Assembly (NCBI GenBank): GCA_029974275.1
Contig: JARKSN010000035.1
Span: 1-63,488 of the forward strand
Source: Candidatus Hydrogenedentota bacterium
GTDB lineage: Bacteria; Hydrogenedentota; Hydrogenedentia; Hydrogenedentales; SLHB01
DNA length: 63,488 nucleotides
Direction of reading: 5' to 3'
Part shown: in pieces, positions 17,377-26,454 of the stretch
Position numbering within the stretch: position 1 is the stretch's first letter
How the letters are laid out: each line of letters starts with the position of its first letter
Position numbers and translations under genes: made by a program
Notes under the pieces: model-generated
Databases searched by the model: none
Seen by the model: only the letters and a program-made list of their open reading frames with translations
Told to the model about the DNA's origin: nothing

Positions 17377-19284
17377 ATGTCGATTTTTGCTTCCCCACAG
17401 CCGGAGAAAACGAATCCGCCGACAGCATGCGTTGCGAGTTCATTGCATCGCGCTTGGTTGACGCCTCGGCGTGAATGCGCGCTTTTGTTGGTTATCCTGT
17501 GCTTGGGGGCTTTGCTGCGCGTCACCTATCTGGCAGAGATTCAATCTGGCGTTGTCCTTCATTTTCCCAATACGTTGCGACCGTTTGGCGATGATTTTTT
17601 CGTGGATGACTGGGCTCGTAATGCTGTCTACAGCATTCGTGGCGACAAAGCCTTGCTCGATCCCATGACTCGCGAGGCGGTCGCACGCGGCGGACAGCCT
17701 CGTGACATGATCTATTTTCGCCCCCCGTTATATCCCTATTTCGTGAGTCTGGTGTTTCTGTTGACGGATTGCCGTTACGCGGCCCTTTGGTTTGTGCAGA
17801 TGACCTTGGGAATAGTATCGGCGTGGTTGGCGTATCGTCTTTCCCGACAGCTATTTGGTCCGACGGGCGCGTTATTCACGGCGCTGTTCATGTGCACGCA
17901 TTGGCTTTTCATTTATTACGAGGCCGAGGTGCAACCCATTGCGCTGAACATTTTCCTAATTCTCTTGGGAGTGAATCTTTGTTTAGCATGGGCTCGAAGC
18001 CAACGTTTGTGTCCTGCGTGTACGGCGGCATTGGTTTTGGGCGTATTGGGCATCTCATGGAATGTGTGGTCCGTGGCCCTTGTTCCTCCCCTTTTTGCCA
18101 TGGGGGTGCATGCTGTTCGCCTCAGGAAACTTCGTCGCTCCCTATCCGCCCTTATTCTGTTTGGATTGCTGGGCGGCATGGCGACATCGCCGGTCTTTGT
18201 GCGAGACGCCCTGCATGGCGTCAAGGGAAAAACGGCAACCTGGTTCGCCGCAAATCTTTGGATGGGCAACAATGAATTTGCCGACGGGACCGCCACTATT
18301 CCGAGGGGCCTATGGCCTATGGCCTCGGCGTATTCCATGGCTGCCCATTTGCGAAAATTTCAGGCAGAACAAGACCCCGCTGCCACATTTCGGGAACTCT
18401 CCGCGGTGTGGCGCGCGCAGGTTTTGCGCTATATTCAGGAAAATCCGCGCCGGTTTGTGCATCTCTGCTTTCGCAGGGCCTCGCTTTTCTGGGGAAACCG
18501 CGAAACAGCCCATGGATTTCCTGAATATATCGTCAAGCAACTATCGCCGACGCTGCGGTCTTCGCCCTATCGTTTCGACTGGATCGTTGCTTTGGCCACA
18601 GTCGGTCTCGTCGGGGGCGTTTGGAGACAGCGCAGCGGTGTCGCATTATTGAAGACGCATCCCGCCACGGCCAATTTTCTGATGGTTCTTCTTTCTAGCT
18701 ATGTGTTTTGTGTGTTTGCCGTGCATCTCCCGTTTTTTGTGTCCGCCATGCACCGGCTGTCGATTGTGCCGCTGCTGTTCGTTTTTGCAGGAGGGGCTAT
18801 AACGAGCATCGCGGAAACGATCTGGAGACGCGCATGGAAAGGCAGTCTTGCGCTGGGCGGGGTTGCAGCCCTCTCCTACGCTCTTGTATCCTTGCAACCG
18901 GTGGATTATTCCAATGAACTATATCGTTGGCATTCTCAACGATATATGAGGTCAGGCAATTTCAACGAAGCCACGGCGGAAGTTCAAGCAATTGCGCAAC
19001 GTTTGGCGGCGCGTGGAGAATTGACGGGACCGGCCGCAGACCTAACGCGCCCTGAAGTAGACCGCGCCATGTTGGCCACGCTTCATGCCAACGCCGCCGC
19101 GTGGCATTTCCAGGCTTTTCAGCTCGATATGGCTCGGGACGAAGTGCGTCAGGCGTTGGCCATCGATCCGGATTTGGCGTGGGCTGCTGATTTGCTGCGG
19201 GCGATCCAATCGGCGCCGCCCGAATACAAGCGCTTTTTCGCGGGAGCGGGTCTTACTTCAGGTAGCGACGGTGGAGCTTCGTGA
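17377..19284 (+). CDS. GT-C fold membrane glycosyltransferase (PMT_2/ArnT-like) with C-terminal TPR-like helices
   Basis: Many TM segments, periplasmic DD, YFRPPLYPYF, NLWMGNN, C-terminal RQALAIDPD. Confidence 0.8.
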   Translation: MSIFASPQPEKTNPPTACVASSLHRAWLTPRRECALLLVILCLGALLRVTYLAEIQSGVVLHFPNTLRPFGDDFFVDDWARNAVYSIRGDKALLDPMTREAVARGGQPRDMIYFRPPLYPYFVSLVFLLTDCRYAALWFVQMTLGIVSAWLAYRLSRQLFGPTGALFTALFMCTHWLFIYYEAEVQPIALNIFLILLGVNLCLAWARSQRLCPACTAALVLGVLGISWNVWSVALVPPLFAMGVHAVRLRKLRRSLSALILFGLLGGMATSPVFVRDALHGVKGKTATWFAANLWMGNNEFADGTATIPRGLWPMASAYSMAAHLRKFQAEQDPAATFRELSAVWRAQVLRYIQENPRRFVHLCFRRASLFWGNRETAHGFPEYIVKQLSPTLRSSPYRFDWIVALATVGLVGGVWRQRSGVALLKTHPATANFLMVLLSSYVFCVFAVHLPFFVSAMHRLSIVPLLFVFAGGAITSIAETIWRRAWKGSLALGGVAALSYALVSLQPVDYSNELYRWHSQRYMRSGNFNEATAEVQAIAQRLAARGELTGPAADLTRPEVDRAMLATLHANAAAWHFQAFQLDMARDEVRQALAIDPDLAWAADLLRAIQSAPPEYKRFFAGAGLTSGSDGGAS

Positions 19285-20617
19285 GCGTTGGCATGATGGC
19301 CGGCGCGTAGCGGTTCACCTGTACGGCGGCGCGGCATAGCCGATTGAAGAAAAAGAAGGGGCGCGGATTGCGGAGGCACTCCTGGTAGTCTTCTTCCTTG
19401 CCGAGGCCGTCCTCGTTGGGCCACGGGCCGTCCTTCATGCACATGTCCCAGCGGAACGGCGTGCAGCCTGTCTCCTTCACGACGACATCCAACGCCTTGG
19501 CGTATTCGGGCGATCGCAAGGCCACGCGTTTGAGATAGCCCAACCATACCTCGAAGCGTTTGGCGGCCATCGCTTGTTGAATGCACTCGATCAGCTTGCC
19601 GATATCGGGCAGCTTGTCCGTCGTGTTGTGGTACTGGTCCAGCGAGAAGAGGATGCGTCCCCCGCGGAAGGCGTTGGTCAACAGTTCCACGCCGCGATTG
19701 GTCACGAGACGGAACTCGCTGATATCCGGCGCAAGCGTGCCGTCGGGGTTTAGCGGCACGCCTTCGGGGCGCGCCTGATGCCCTCGGCCCGTCGGAAGAC
19801 GGAAGAAACTGAAGTACACATCGAGGTCGTAGGTTCGGTCGAGCACCTCTTCCGCATACGACGGCTCCAACACCGAGATAAAATCGTGCCAGACGTTCAC
19901 GAAGCGCATGTCCGGGTCGTCGCTCCACGCCGCGAGGTCTTCCTTCACTTTCTCCGGCGCGCGCAGCACCCAGCCTCGCCGGAACAGCCACGGCTGCTTC
20001 TGACACCCTCCGTAACAATCTTCGCAGCCCATCGGGCATCCTCGATACGTCATCAGGAACGGGTGCACAGGGTAGACCTTGCCGTGCGAATAGCGATGTA
20101 CCTTCGCGAGACCTTTCTCAAGACTCGGGAACCATGAGATATCGCGGAAGTTGCCGGCGCTGAGGTCTTCCGAGGTGAGGGCGTACCAGTTTGGCGAGGT
20201 GAATGCGCGGCTGACGACATTCGGGACTTGGTCGGCGGGTTTTCCGTGCAGGACTGCGTCCACCAGACGCAGCAATGGTATCTCGCCATCCCCGCGAATG
20301 ACATAGTCGATCGGCGAGTCGCGCAGGAGTTGCGGCGCGAACAGCGTGGCCGAGAGACCGCCCGCGATGACCGTTGCGCGGGGATTGATCCGCTTTACCT
20401 GCTGGGACAACCGCACTGCCGATCGCAGAGACAAGTCCCAATGCACGTCTAGCAATACAATGCGCGCCGCGCGAATTTCGTTTTCCGTCCATTCGTCGTG
20501 GAAGCGGCCCATGACCGGCTCGGACAGACGGTTGATCAGCGCGGGCAATGACATCGGGATAATCTCCCGCAGCATCATATCGGTGTCTGGATGGATGTAG
20601 AGGATCGGGTGCGTCAT
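19253..20617 (-). CDS. Divergent cobalamin-binding radical SAM-like protein
   Basis: IAGGLSAT, DYVIRGDGEIP, YRGCPMGCEDC; C-terminal half atypical; 32-bp convergent overlap with the GT-C gene. Confidence 0.8.
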   Translation of the reverse strand: MTHPILYIHPDTDMMLREIIPMSLPALINRLSEPVMGRFHDEWTENEIRAARIVLLDVHWDLSLRSAVRLSQQVKRINPRATVIAGGLSATLFAPQLLRDSPIDYVIRGDGEIPLLRLVDAVLHGKPADQVPNVVSRAFTSPNWYALTSEDLSAGNFRDISWFPSLEKGLAKVHRYSHGKVYPVHPFLMTYRGCPMGCEDCYGGCQKQPWLFRRGWVLRAPEKVKEDLAAWSDDPDMRFVNVWHDFISVLEPSYAEEVLDRTYDLDVYFSFFRLPTGRGHQARPEGVPLNPDGTLAPDISEFRLVTNRGVELLTNAFRGGRILFSLDQYHNTTDKLPDIGKLIECIQQAMAAKRFEVWLGYLKRVALRSPEYAKALDVVVKETGCTPFRWDMCMKDGPWPNEDGLGKEEDYQECLRNPRPFFFFNRLCRAAVQVNRYAPAIMPTLTKLHRRYLK

Positions 20618-20756
20618 TGGTTGCCCTCATGTATGACTGGGATGGCTTGCCCCATCGTGCAACGCCGAGAATACGGCGCGGCGCGCAGCGTTTCAACTCG
20701 CAAAATGCATTTGACGCGCTCGCTCCTGGCGGCCTCAAAATGTCTGCCGCGAAATC

Positions 20757-22187
20757 TCATCGATTGCCGAACAACGCACGTCGCGCCACCATGTGCGCGA
20801 AGCCCAAGGTCTGGCGGACAGGCGCAGGGACGTCGCGAAGTATGCGAATGATTCGCTTAGGCCTGGCGTAGAAACGAAGCGCCGCGCGCCGAAAACAGCC
20901 GCGCAGTTGATCGTCCGGAACCGCCGAGAAATTGGGCAACGAGCTTCGGAACGAGTGAATGTCTGCTTCCTCATAGCGAAGTTGCGCGAGTTTTTCCGGC
21001 TGTTCCTTTTCCAGATATGTGTATAGCGGCGTGCCGGGGAATGGGGTCACGCGCAGAAACGCCGCGAAGTGCAGGGCCGACTCCGAGGCGACGCGGGCGG
21101 TTTCGGCCATTTCCTCGGCCGTTTCGGTGGGGAATCCAAGCATGTTGCAGCCCGCGGCCAGCACTCCTTTGGAAGTGGAGTACTCGACAGCCTTGAGAAA
21201 GCGCGGTATGTCCAAATTTCTCCCGAACATCCGTTGGAGACGCGGCGAGCCGGTGTCCAAGGCGAAATTGGCTTGGCACCATCCCGCAGCGACGAGCGCG
21301 TCGATGGTCTGCTCTGTCAACAAATCGCTGCGCACTCCGTTGGGGAAGCATATCCGGACGCGGATGTTCCTGCGGATGAGCAGGTCGGACAACTCGAAGA
21401 TGCGCTGTTCGTCCAAGTTGAACGAATCGTCGCTGAAATGGACCTCATTGATGTCATAGCGGCGTTGAAAGTAGGCGATCTCGTCGGCGATGCGCTCGGC
21501 CGAGCAGGCGCGGAAGACCTTGCCGAACGCGCTGTGGCAATACGCGCATTGGTATATGCAGCCGCGGCTCGTGAACAGGTCGATGAAGCGCTTCTTCAAA
21601 GGAATGAGCGGGCCTCGCGTGCGCCAATAGGACGGCAGGTCCAGCAAGTCATAGGCGGGAAACGGCAGCGAATCCAGGTCGGTCACGCGCGCGGTTGCGC
21701 CGGGGTTTTGCACTACGGCGCCGTCGCCGTTCCGCCACGCGATCCCTGGCACGCGGTCGAGATTGCCTCCATCGAAATGTTCGCGCAGCACGTGTTCGAA
21801 AGCCCATTCCCCCTCGCCGGGAATGGCGACATCCGCGTTCACCGGTCGGAGCGCTTCGGCCCCTACCGCGCTGACGTGCGGGCCGCCGAGGACAATGAGC
21901 GTTTCGGGCCTCCATTCCTTGATGAGCTGCGCGATGGGGGCGAAGGTCCAGGCGGTCGGGGTGAGCGAACCCAGTCCAACCACGTCTGCGGAGAAATCGC
22001 GAATGCGCTGGACGAGTTCCTCGTTTGAACACTTCTCGAAGCGCTGATTGGCCAGTTGCACCTCAACGTCCCGTTTGGAACGTAAATATGCGGCCAGGCT
22101 TAGAATCCCCAGCGGCGGAACGACGAAGAAGTCCCCATATTTTCGCCACACGCCGACATTGGCGAGAAAGACTCTTAATTTCCTCAT
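20757..22187 (-). CDS. Cobalamin-binding radical SAM enzyme
   Basis: PPLGILSLAA, VLGGPHVS, GEGE, DLDSLPFPAY, TSRGCIYQCAYC, FSDDSF, MLGFPTET, TPFPGT. Confidence 0.93.
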   Translation of the reverse strand: MRKLRVFLANVGVWRKYGDFFVVPPLGILSLAAYLRSKRDVEVQLANQRFEKCSNEELVQRIRDFSADVVGLGSLTPTAWTFAPIAQLIKEWRPETLIVLGGPHVSAVGAEALRPVNADVAIPGEGEWAFEHVLREHFDGGNLDRVPGIAWRNGDGAVVQNPGATARVTDLDSLPFPAYDLLDLPSYWRTRGPLIPLKKRFIDLFTSRGCIYQCAYCHSAFGKVFRACSAERIADEIAYFQRRYDINEVHFSDDSFNLDEQRIFELSDLLIRRNIRVRICFPNGVRSDLLTEQTIDALVAAGWCQANFALDTGSPRLQRMFGRNLDIPRFLKAVEYSTSKGVLAAGCNMLGFPTETAEEMAETARVASESALHFAAFLRVTPFPGTPLYTYLEKEQPEKLAQLRYEEADIHSFRSSLPNFSAVPDDQLRGCFRRAALRFYARPKRIIRILRDVPAPVRQTLGFAHMVARRALFGNR

Positions 22188-22375
22188 TATTCTTCGATCG
22201 CCTTTGTGGAGAATGCCCTATGGCGGCACGCCATGCCGCGCGCCATCGGTCTCGACTGCGCGCACGAACGGCGTCTTGCGAGCCGCATAGAACGTTGAGC
22301 ATACGTTCCGCCGCGCCTCGAATCAAGCAGTCCGCCGCGTCCCGCGCTTGGGCGCTGGGAGGTCTGGGCGCGGTT

Positions 22376-23923
22376 TCAGACGATCGGTTCGCCTTTGCGA
22401 ACGCAATCTTTGATGACGCGCTTGAGGATTTTGCCGGTGGGCCCTTTGGGCAGGGCTTTCAACACGACGAATTCCTTGGGGCATTTGTACCGGGCCATGC
22501 GTTCCGCGCAATAGGCGGAAAGGTCTCCCTCGGAAACGTGCGCGCTTTGACGCAGCGAGATGTACGCACGCACTTCTTCTCCTCGCGCCTCGTCGGGCAC
22601 GCCGACCACGGCCGCTTCGAGCACGGCGGGGTGGGCATACAACACTTCCTCGATTTCGCGGGGATAGATATTCATGCCGCCGCGGATGATGACGTCTTTT
22701 TTGCGGTCAACGATGAAGAAGTAGCCTTCTTCGTCGGCACGCGCGAGATCGCCGGTGTGCAGCCAGCCATTGACGATCGTTTCGTTCGTGGCGATGGGTT
22801 TCTTGTAGTATCCTTTCATGACGTTGTGGCCGCGGATGACGATTTCGCCGATCTCCCCTGTTGCGGCGAAGGAACCGTCTTCGCGCATGATGCGCATTTC
22901 GCAGCCCCAGATGGGAAGTCCGATCGAGCCCGGCTTGCTGGGGCGATCGAGGACGTTGAACGACGCCACGGGGCTGGTCTCCGAGAGCCCATATCCTTCG
23001 AGAAGACGAACGCCGTAGCGTTGCTCGAAACGGTTCAGGATGTCGAGCGGCAGGGAAGAGCCGCCTGAAACGGCCATGCGAATGCTGGAAAGGTCGTAGG
23101 CGTCGGGGTCTTCCACGTTCAACATGAAAAAATACATGGTGGGCACGGCGGCCATGATGCTCACCCGATCGCGCTGAATCACGGCCATGGTTTTTTTCGT
23201 TTCGAATTGGGCCATCATGGTGACCGTTGCGCCTGCCAGGAAAGCCGCGTTCATAATGCAGGTTTGGCCGAATGAATGAAACAGGGGCAGCACCGCCAGC
23301 ACGATGTCGCCGGGTTTCGCGCGTATCACGTTGTCCCGCACGTAGAACGCATTGAAAAACATGTTGAAATGCGTCAGTTCCGCGCCCTTCGGAAATCCGG
23401 TGGTTCCGGAGGTGTATAAGATCACCGCCGTGTCGTCGGGCATGGTGTCTTCCATGTCGGCCTCGGGCGACGTTTCCAGTAACGTCGAGAAGGACATTCC
23501 TTCGGGCAGGTCCTCGCTGTCGCCGGGTCGCGCTACGACAATGAGATGGCGGCATGTTCCGGAGTCTCGGAAAGCGTGGTAGGTTTCTGGGTAAAAAAGA
23601 TTCCAGGTGAACAGGACTTTCACGTCGGAATCGTCGATGTGATACAGAATCTCGTGGGCCTTGAGCATGGTGTTGATCGGCACGACCGTGGCTCCTGCAT
23701 GGAGGATGCCGTAGTAAATTACGGGAAAGTGCGGCGTGTTGGGGATCATCATGCCGACCTTGTCGCCTTTTTGGACGCCGAGCGATCGCAGCATGCCGGC
23801 GACGCGCTTGACCATGGCGGCAAGTTCGCCGTAGGAGATGCGGTTTTCATCGAACACGGCGGCGGAGCGGTCTGCGTGGAGTTCCGCCGACATTTGCAGG
23901 TAATGTGCGAGATTGAGGCTCAT
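22376..23923 (-). CDS. Long-chain-fatty-acid-CoA ligase (AMP-binding)
   Basis: YTSGTTGFPKG, EGYGLSETSP, WLHTGD, DRKKD, LPKGPTGK. Confidence 0.94.
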   Translation of the reverse strand: MSLNLAHYLQMSAELHADRSAAVFDENRISYGELAAMVKRVAGMLRSLGVQKGDKVGMMIPNTPHFPVIYYGILHAGATVVPINTMLKAHEILYHIDDSDVKVLFTWNLFYPETYHAFRDSGTCRHLIVVARPGDSEDLPEGMSFSTLLETSPEADMEDTMPDDTAVILYTSGTTGFPKGAELTHFNMFFNAFYVRDNVIRAKPGDIVLAVLPLFHSFGQTCIMNAAFLAGATVTMMAQFETKKTMAVIQRDRVSIMAAVPTMYFFMLNVEDPDAYDLSSIRMAVSGGSSLPLDILNRFEQRYGVRLLEGYGLSETSPVASFNVLDRPSKPGSIGLPIWGCEMRIMREDGSFAATGEIGEIVIRGHNVMKGYYKKPIATNETIVNGWLHTGDLARADEEGYFFIVDRKKDVIIRGGMNIYPREIEEVLYAHPAVLEAAVVGVPDEARGEEVRAYISLRQSAHVSEGDLSAYCAERMARYKCPKEFVVLKALPKGPTGKILKRVIKDCVRKGEPIV

Positions 23924-23966
23924 GTTTTGTTCTCCTGTTGGAGGTTTTTGGGGGGCGTGCCGCGCG

Positions 23967-24992
23967 TCACTTCAGAGGGTTCAACAGTTGTTGAACTTCC
24001 GGGGCGTCGAGGTTTTCGGAGGTGACCACAGTCACGCCGGTGTCGATGCGTTTTGCGACGGGACGTCCCTGCAGGTGATCCACGGCGGCTTTTACGCCTA
24101 GATAGCCCATTTGGAACGGATTTTGCACGATGAGCGCCTGGATGACTCCTTCCTTGAGGGCGTTTACTTCTTCTTCGGCAGCGTCAAAGGCGACCAGTTT
24201 TACGTGGCCTGTCTTGCCGGCGGCCTTGATGGCTTGGGCCGCGCCCATGGCGCCGCTTTCGTTCGCGGCGAAGATGCCTGCGAGGTCCGGATTGGCCGTC
24301 ATCATGTCCTCGGCGGCGGTCATGCCTTTGGCCACGTCGCTGTAACTGTACAGCGGCGGCAACACCTGGATGGCCGGAAACGCCTTCATGCCTTTTAGAA
24401 AACCTTGTTCTCGCATGACCGAGGTCGCCGCGCCCGGCACAAATGGGATCAGGCCGACTTTTCCCTTTTCGCCGACGAGTGTTGCAAGCGTCTCCGCGGC
24501 GCTCTTGGCTCCGGCAATATTGTCCGTGGCGACAAACGAGATGGGGAGGGTCTCGTCGGCGATGCCGGAATCGATGGCAACGACGGGGATTTTCGCGTCC
24601 ATGGCGCGTTTGACTGCATGGACCAGCGCGTCTTTGTCGCAGGCGGCCATGACAATTGCGCTGACTCGCGCATGGATCATGTCCTCGATGATGTTGATCT
24701 GCTCCGGGATGTCCGTTTCCTTCGCCGGGCCTTTCCAGAGGATTTCTGCCCCAAATTCCTTGCCTGCCGCATCCGCGCCGGCTTTGACGGTCAACCAGAA
24801 TTGATGGACCAGGCCTTTGGGCACCACGGCGATTCGCAGCGGGGCGGTTGGCGCGGGGGGGCTGTCCTGTTGGGTGGCGGCGGAGGAAGTTGCCGGAGGA
24901 TGCGGGCCCGGGGCTGTGGACGGCGAATTTTCCGGCATGCCGCACGCGGTCAACGCCAACACGACGGGAATCAGGAAGGTCAATCGCTTCAT
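23967..24992 (-). CDS. Sugar ABC transporter substrate-binding lipoprotein (RbsB-like)
   Basis: LTAC lipobox, AVVPKG..HQFW, VATDN, IFAANE, VQNPFQMGY; GAGGAG RBS. Confidence 0.92.
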   Translation of the reverse strand: MKRLTFLIPVVLALTACGMPENSPSTAPGPHPPATSSAATQQDSPPAPTAPLRIAVVPKGLVHQFWLTVKAGADAAGKEFGAEILWKGPAKETDIPEQINIIEDMIHARVSAIVMAACDKDALVHAVKRAMDAKIPVVAIDSGIADETLPISFVATDNIAGAKSAAETLATLVGEKGKVGLIPFVPGAATSVMREQGFLKGMKAFPAIQVLPPLYSYSDVAKGMTAAEDMMTANPDLAGIFAANESGAMGAAQAIKAAGKTGHVKLVAFDAAEEEVNALKEGVIQALIVQNPFQMGYLGVKAAVDHLQGRPVAKRIDTGVTVVTSENLDAPEVQQLLNPLK

Positions 24993-25053
24993 GCTCTTCT
25001 CCTCTTCGTGGCCTCGAAAGGCTTTCCAAAATGCCATCGGCACGCGTTCGGAA

Positions 25054-26382
25054 TCACCGGAGCAAGGCGTGCAACACTTTGTTGACGCCTTTCGCGATGG
25101 CCGCGCAATCTTCTTCGGAATAGTAGGGGTTAACGGTTATCAGTAGGGATCGTGATAGAAGCTCCAACGTTTTTGGGGACATGTCGCGTGCGTAGCGAGG
25201 AAGTTCGCGTTTCGGCATGCCGCTCCAGGGCAGTCCGTCCGGCGCGACGGACTTCATGTCGAGAATGTGGTCCCAGTAGGCGTACACATGCCAGTCGCGC
25301 ACTTCTGCGTCGTAAACGCCGCCTGCGGGAACGCCTTCCGCTTTCATCGCATCCAACGCCTGGCGCGTGATTTCGGGCGTGGGCAGGAACATGGCCAGGC
25401 ATGTGCCGATGTCGCCGGACTCGTCGGTCAGTCGGCGAAAGGCAAGGCCGGGAAACCCGCCGATTTCGTCCTTGATGCGTTTTTTGGCGGCGCGAAGCCG
25501 AGCGATCAGGGAATCGGCCTTGCGAATCTGCGCGATCGCGACGGCTCCTTGCAGTTCGCTCATCCGGTAATTTTCGCCGCAGAACAATTCGCCCGTGCGG
25601 CGTTCTTGCGCGTAGCGGTCCGGGCGCCAGCATGCAGCCGTGTCGTGCCAACTTCGCGCCCGATCGTAGAGCCACGCGTCGCTCGTCGTCACGAAGCCGC
25701 CCTCGCCGCATGTGAGCGTTTTGTAATAGTCGAAACTGAAACATCCCATGGCGCCGATGCTTCCAAGCCGTTTCCCGCGGAACGAGCCGCCGCCCGCCTG
25801 TGCGACGTCTTCGATGACGGGGATGCCGCGTTTGTTCGCGATGTCCATGATCGCGTCCATCGGGGCTGGGGCGCCGCGCATGTGGACGGGCGCGATGGCC
25901 TTGACGCGCCGCGTGATGGCCTTCTCGATGGCGGAGGGATCGAGACACAAGGTTTCATCGATGTCGGCGATGATGGGGACTGCATTGGCGGCGACGACTG
26001 CCGAGGCGGTCGCGAAAAACGTGTAGGCGGGGACGATGACGGCGTCGCCCGCGCCGATGCCGAGCGCGCGGCAGCTTGCGACGAGCGCGGACGTGCATGA
26101 GTTGACGGCAAGGCAATGCCGCACGCCGATGATGCCTGCCATCGCCTCCTCGGCGGCCTGGACGCGGCTCGGCTTGGGGTTATAGTATCGAAAGAGATGT
26201 GGCCCGCGGATATCGGGGTCGCTCTCGATAATGGCGCGGATCTTTTGTTTGGATCCAGCGCTGAAGTCCCACAGATCGATGAGCTCGAGCAATTCGTCGC
26301 GGCCGATTTTGGGCGGGAAAGGCCCCAATGTCCGAACAGCCCTTTCCCCCCCTTCGAGCGCCAGCTTTTCATGGCTGCACAT
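25054..26382 (-). CDS. DegT/DnrJ/EryC1/StrS PLP-dependent aminotransferase
   Basis: VNSCTSAL, VPAYTFFAT, IEDVAQAGG, FSFDYYKTLTCGEGG, NYRMSE. Confidence 0.93.
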   Translation of the reverse strand: MCSHEKLALEGGERAVRTLGPFPPKIGRDELLELIDLWDFSAGSKQKIRAIIESDPDIRGPHLFRYYNPKPSRVQAAEEAMAGIIGVRHCLAVNSCTSALVASCRALGIGAGDAVIVPAYTFFATASAVVAANAVPIIADIDETLCLDPSAIEKAITRRVKAIAPVHMRGAPAPMDAIMDIANKRGIPVIEDVAQAGGGSFRGKRLGSIGAMGCFSFDYYKTLTCGEGGFVTTSDAWLYDRARSWHDTAACWRPDRYAQERRTGELFCGENYRMSELQGAVAIAQIRKADSLIARLRAAKKRIKDEIGGFPGLAFRRLTDESGDIGTCLAMFLPTPEITRQALDAMKAEGVPAGGVYDAEVRDWHVYAYWDHILDMKSVAPDGLPWSGMPKRELPRYARDMSPKTLELLSRSLLITVNPYYSEEDCAAIAKGVNKVLHALLR

Positions 26383-26454
26383 GGCTCGCCTCCTATAGGG
26401 CTATTGTGACCGAAAGGCGCGTTCGAGTTCCACAGGGCCGGGCGGAGAAAGCGA

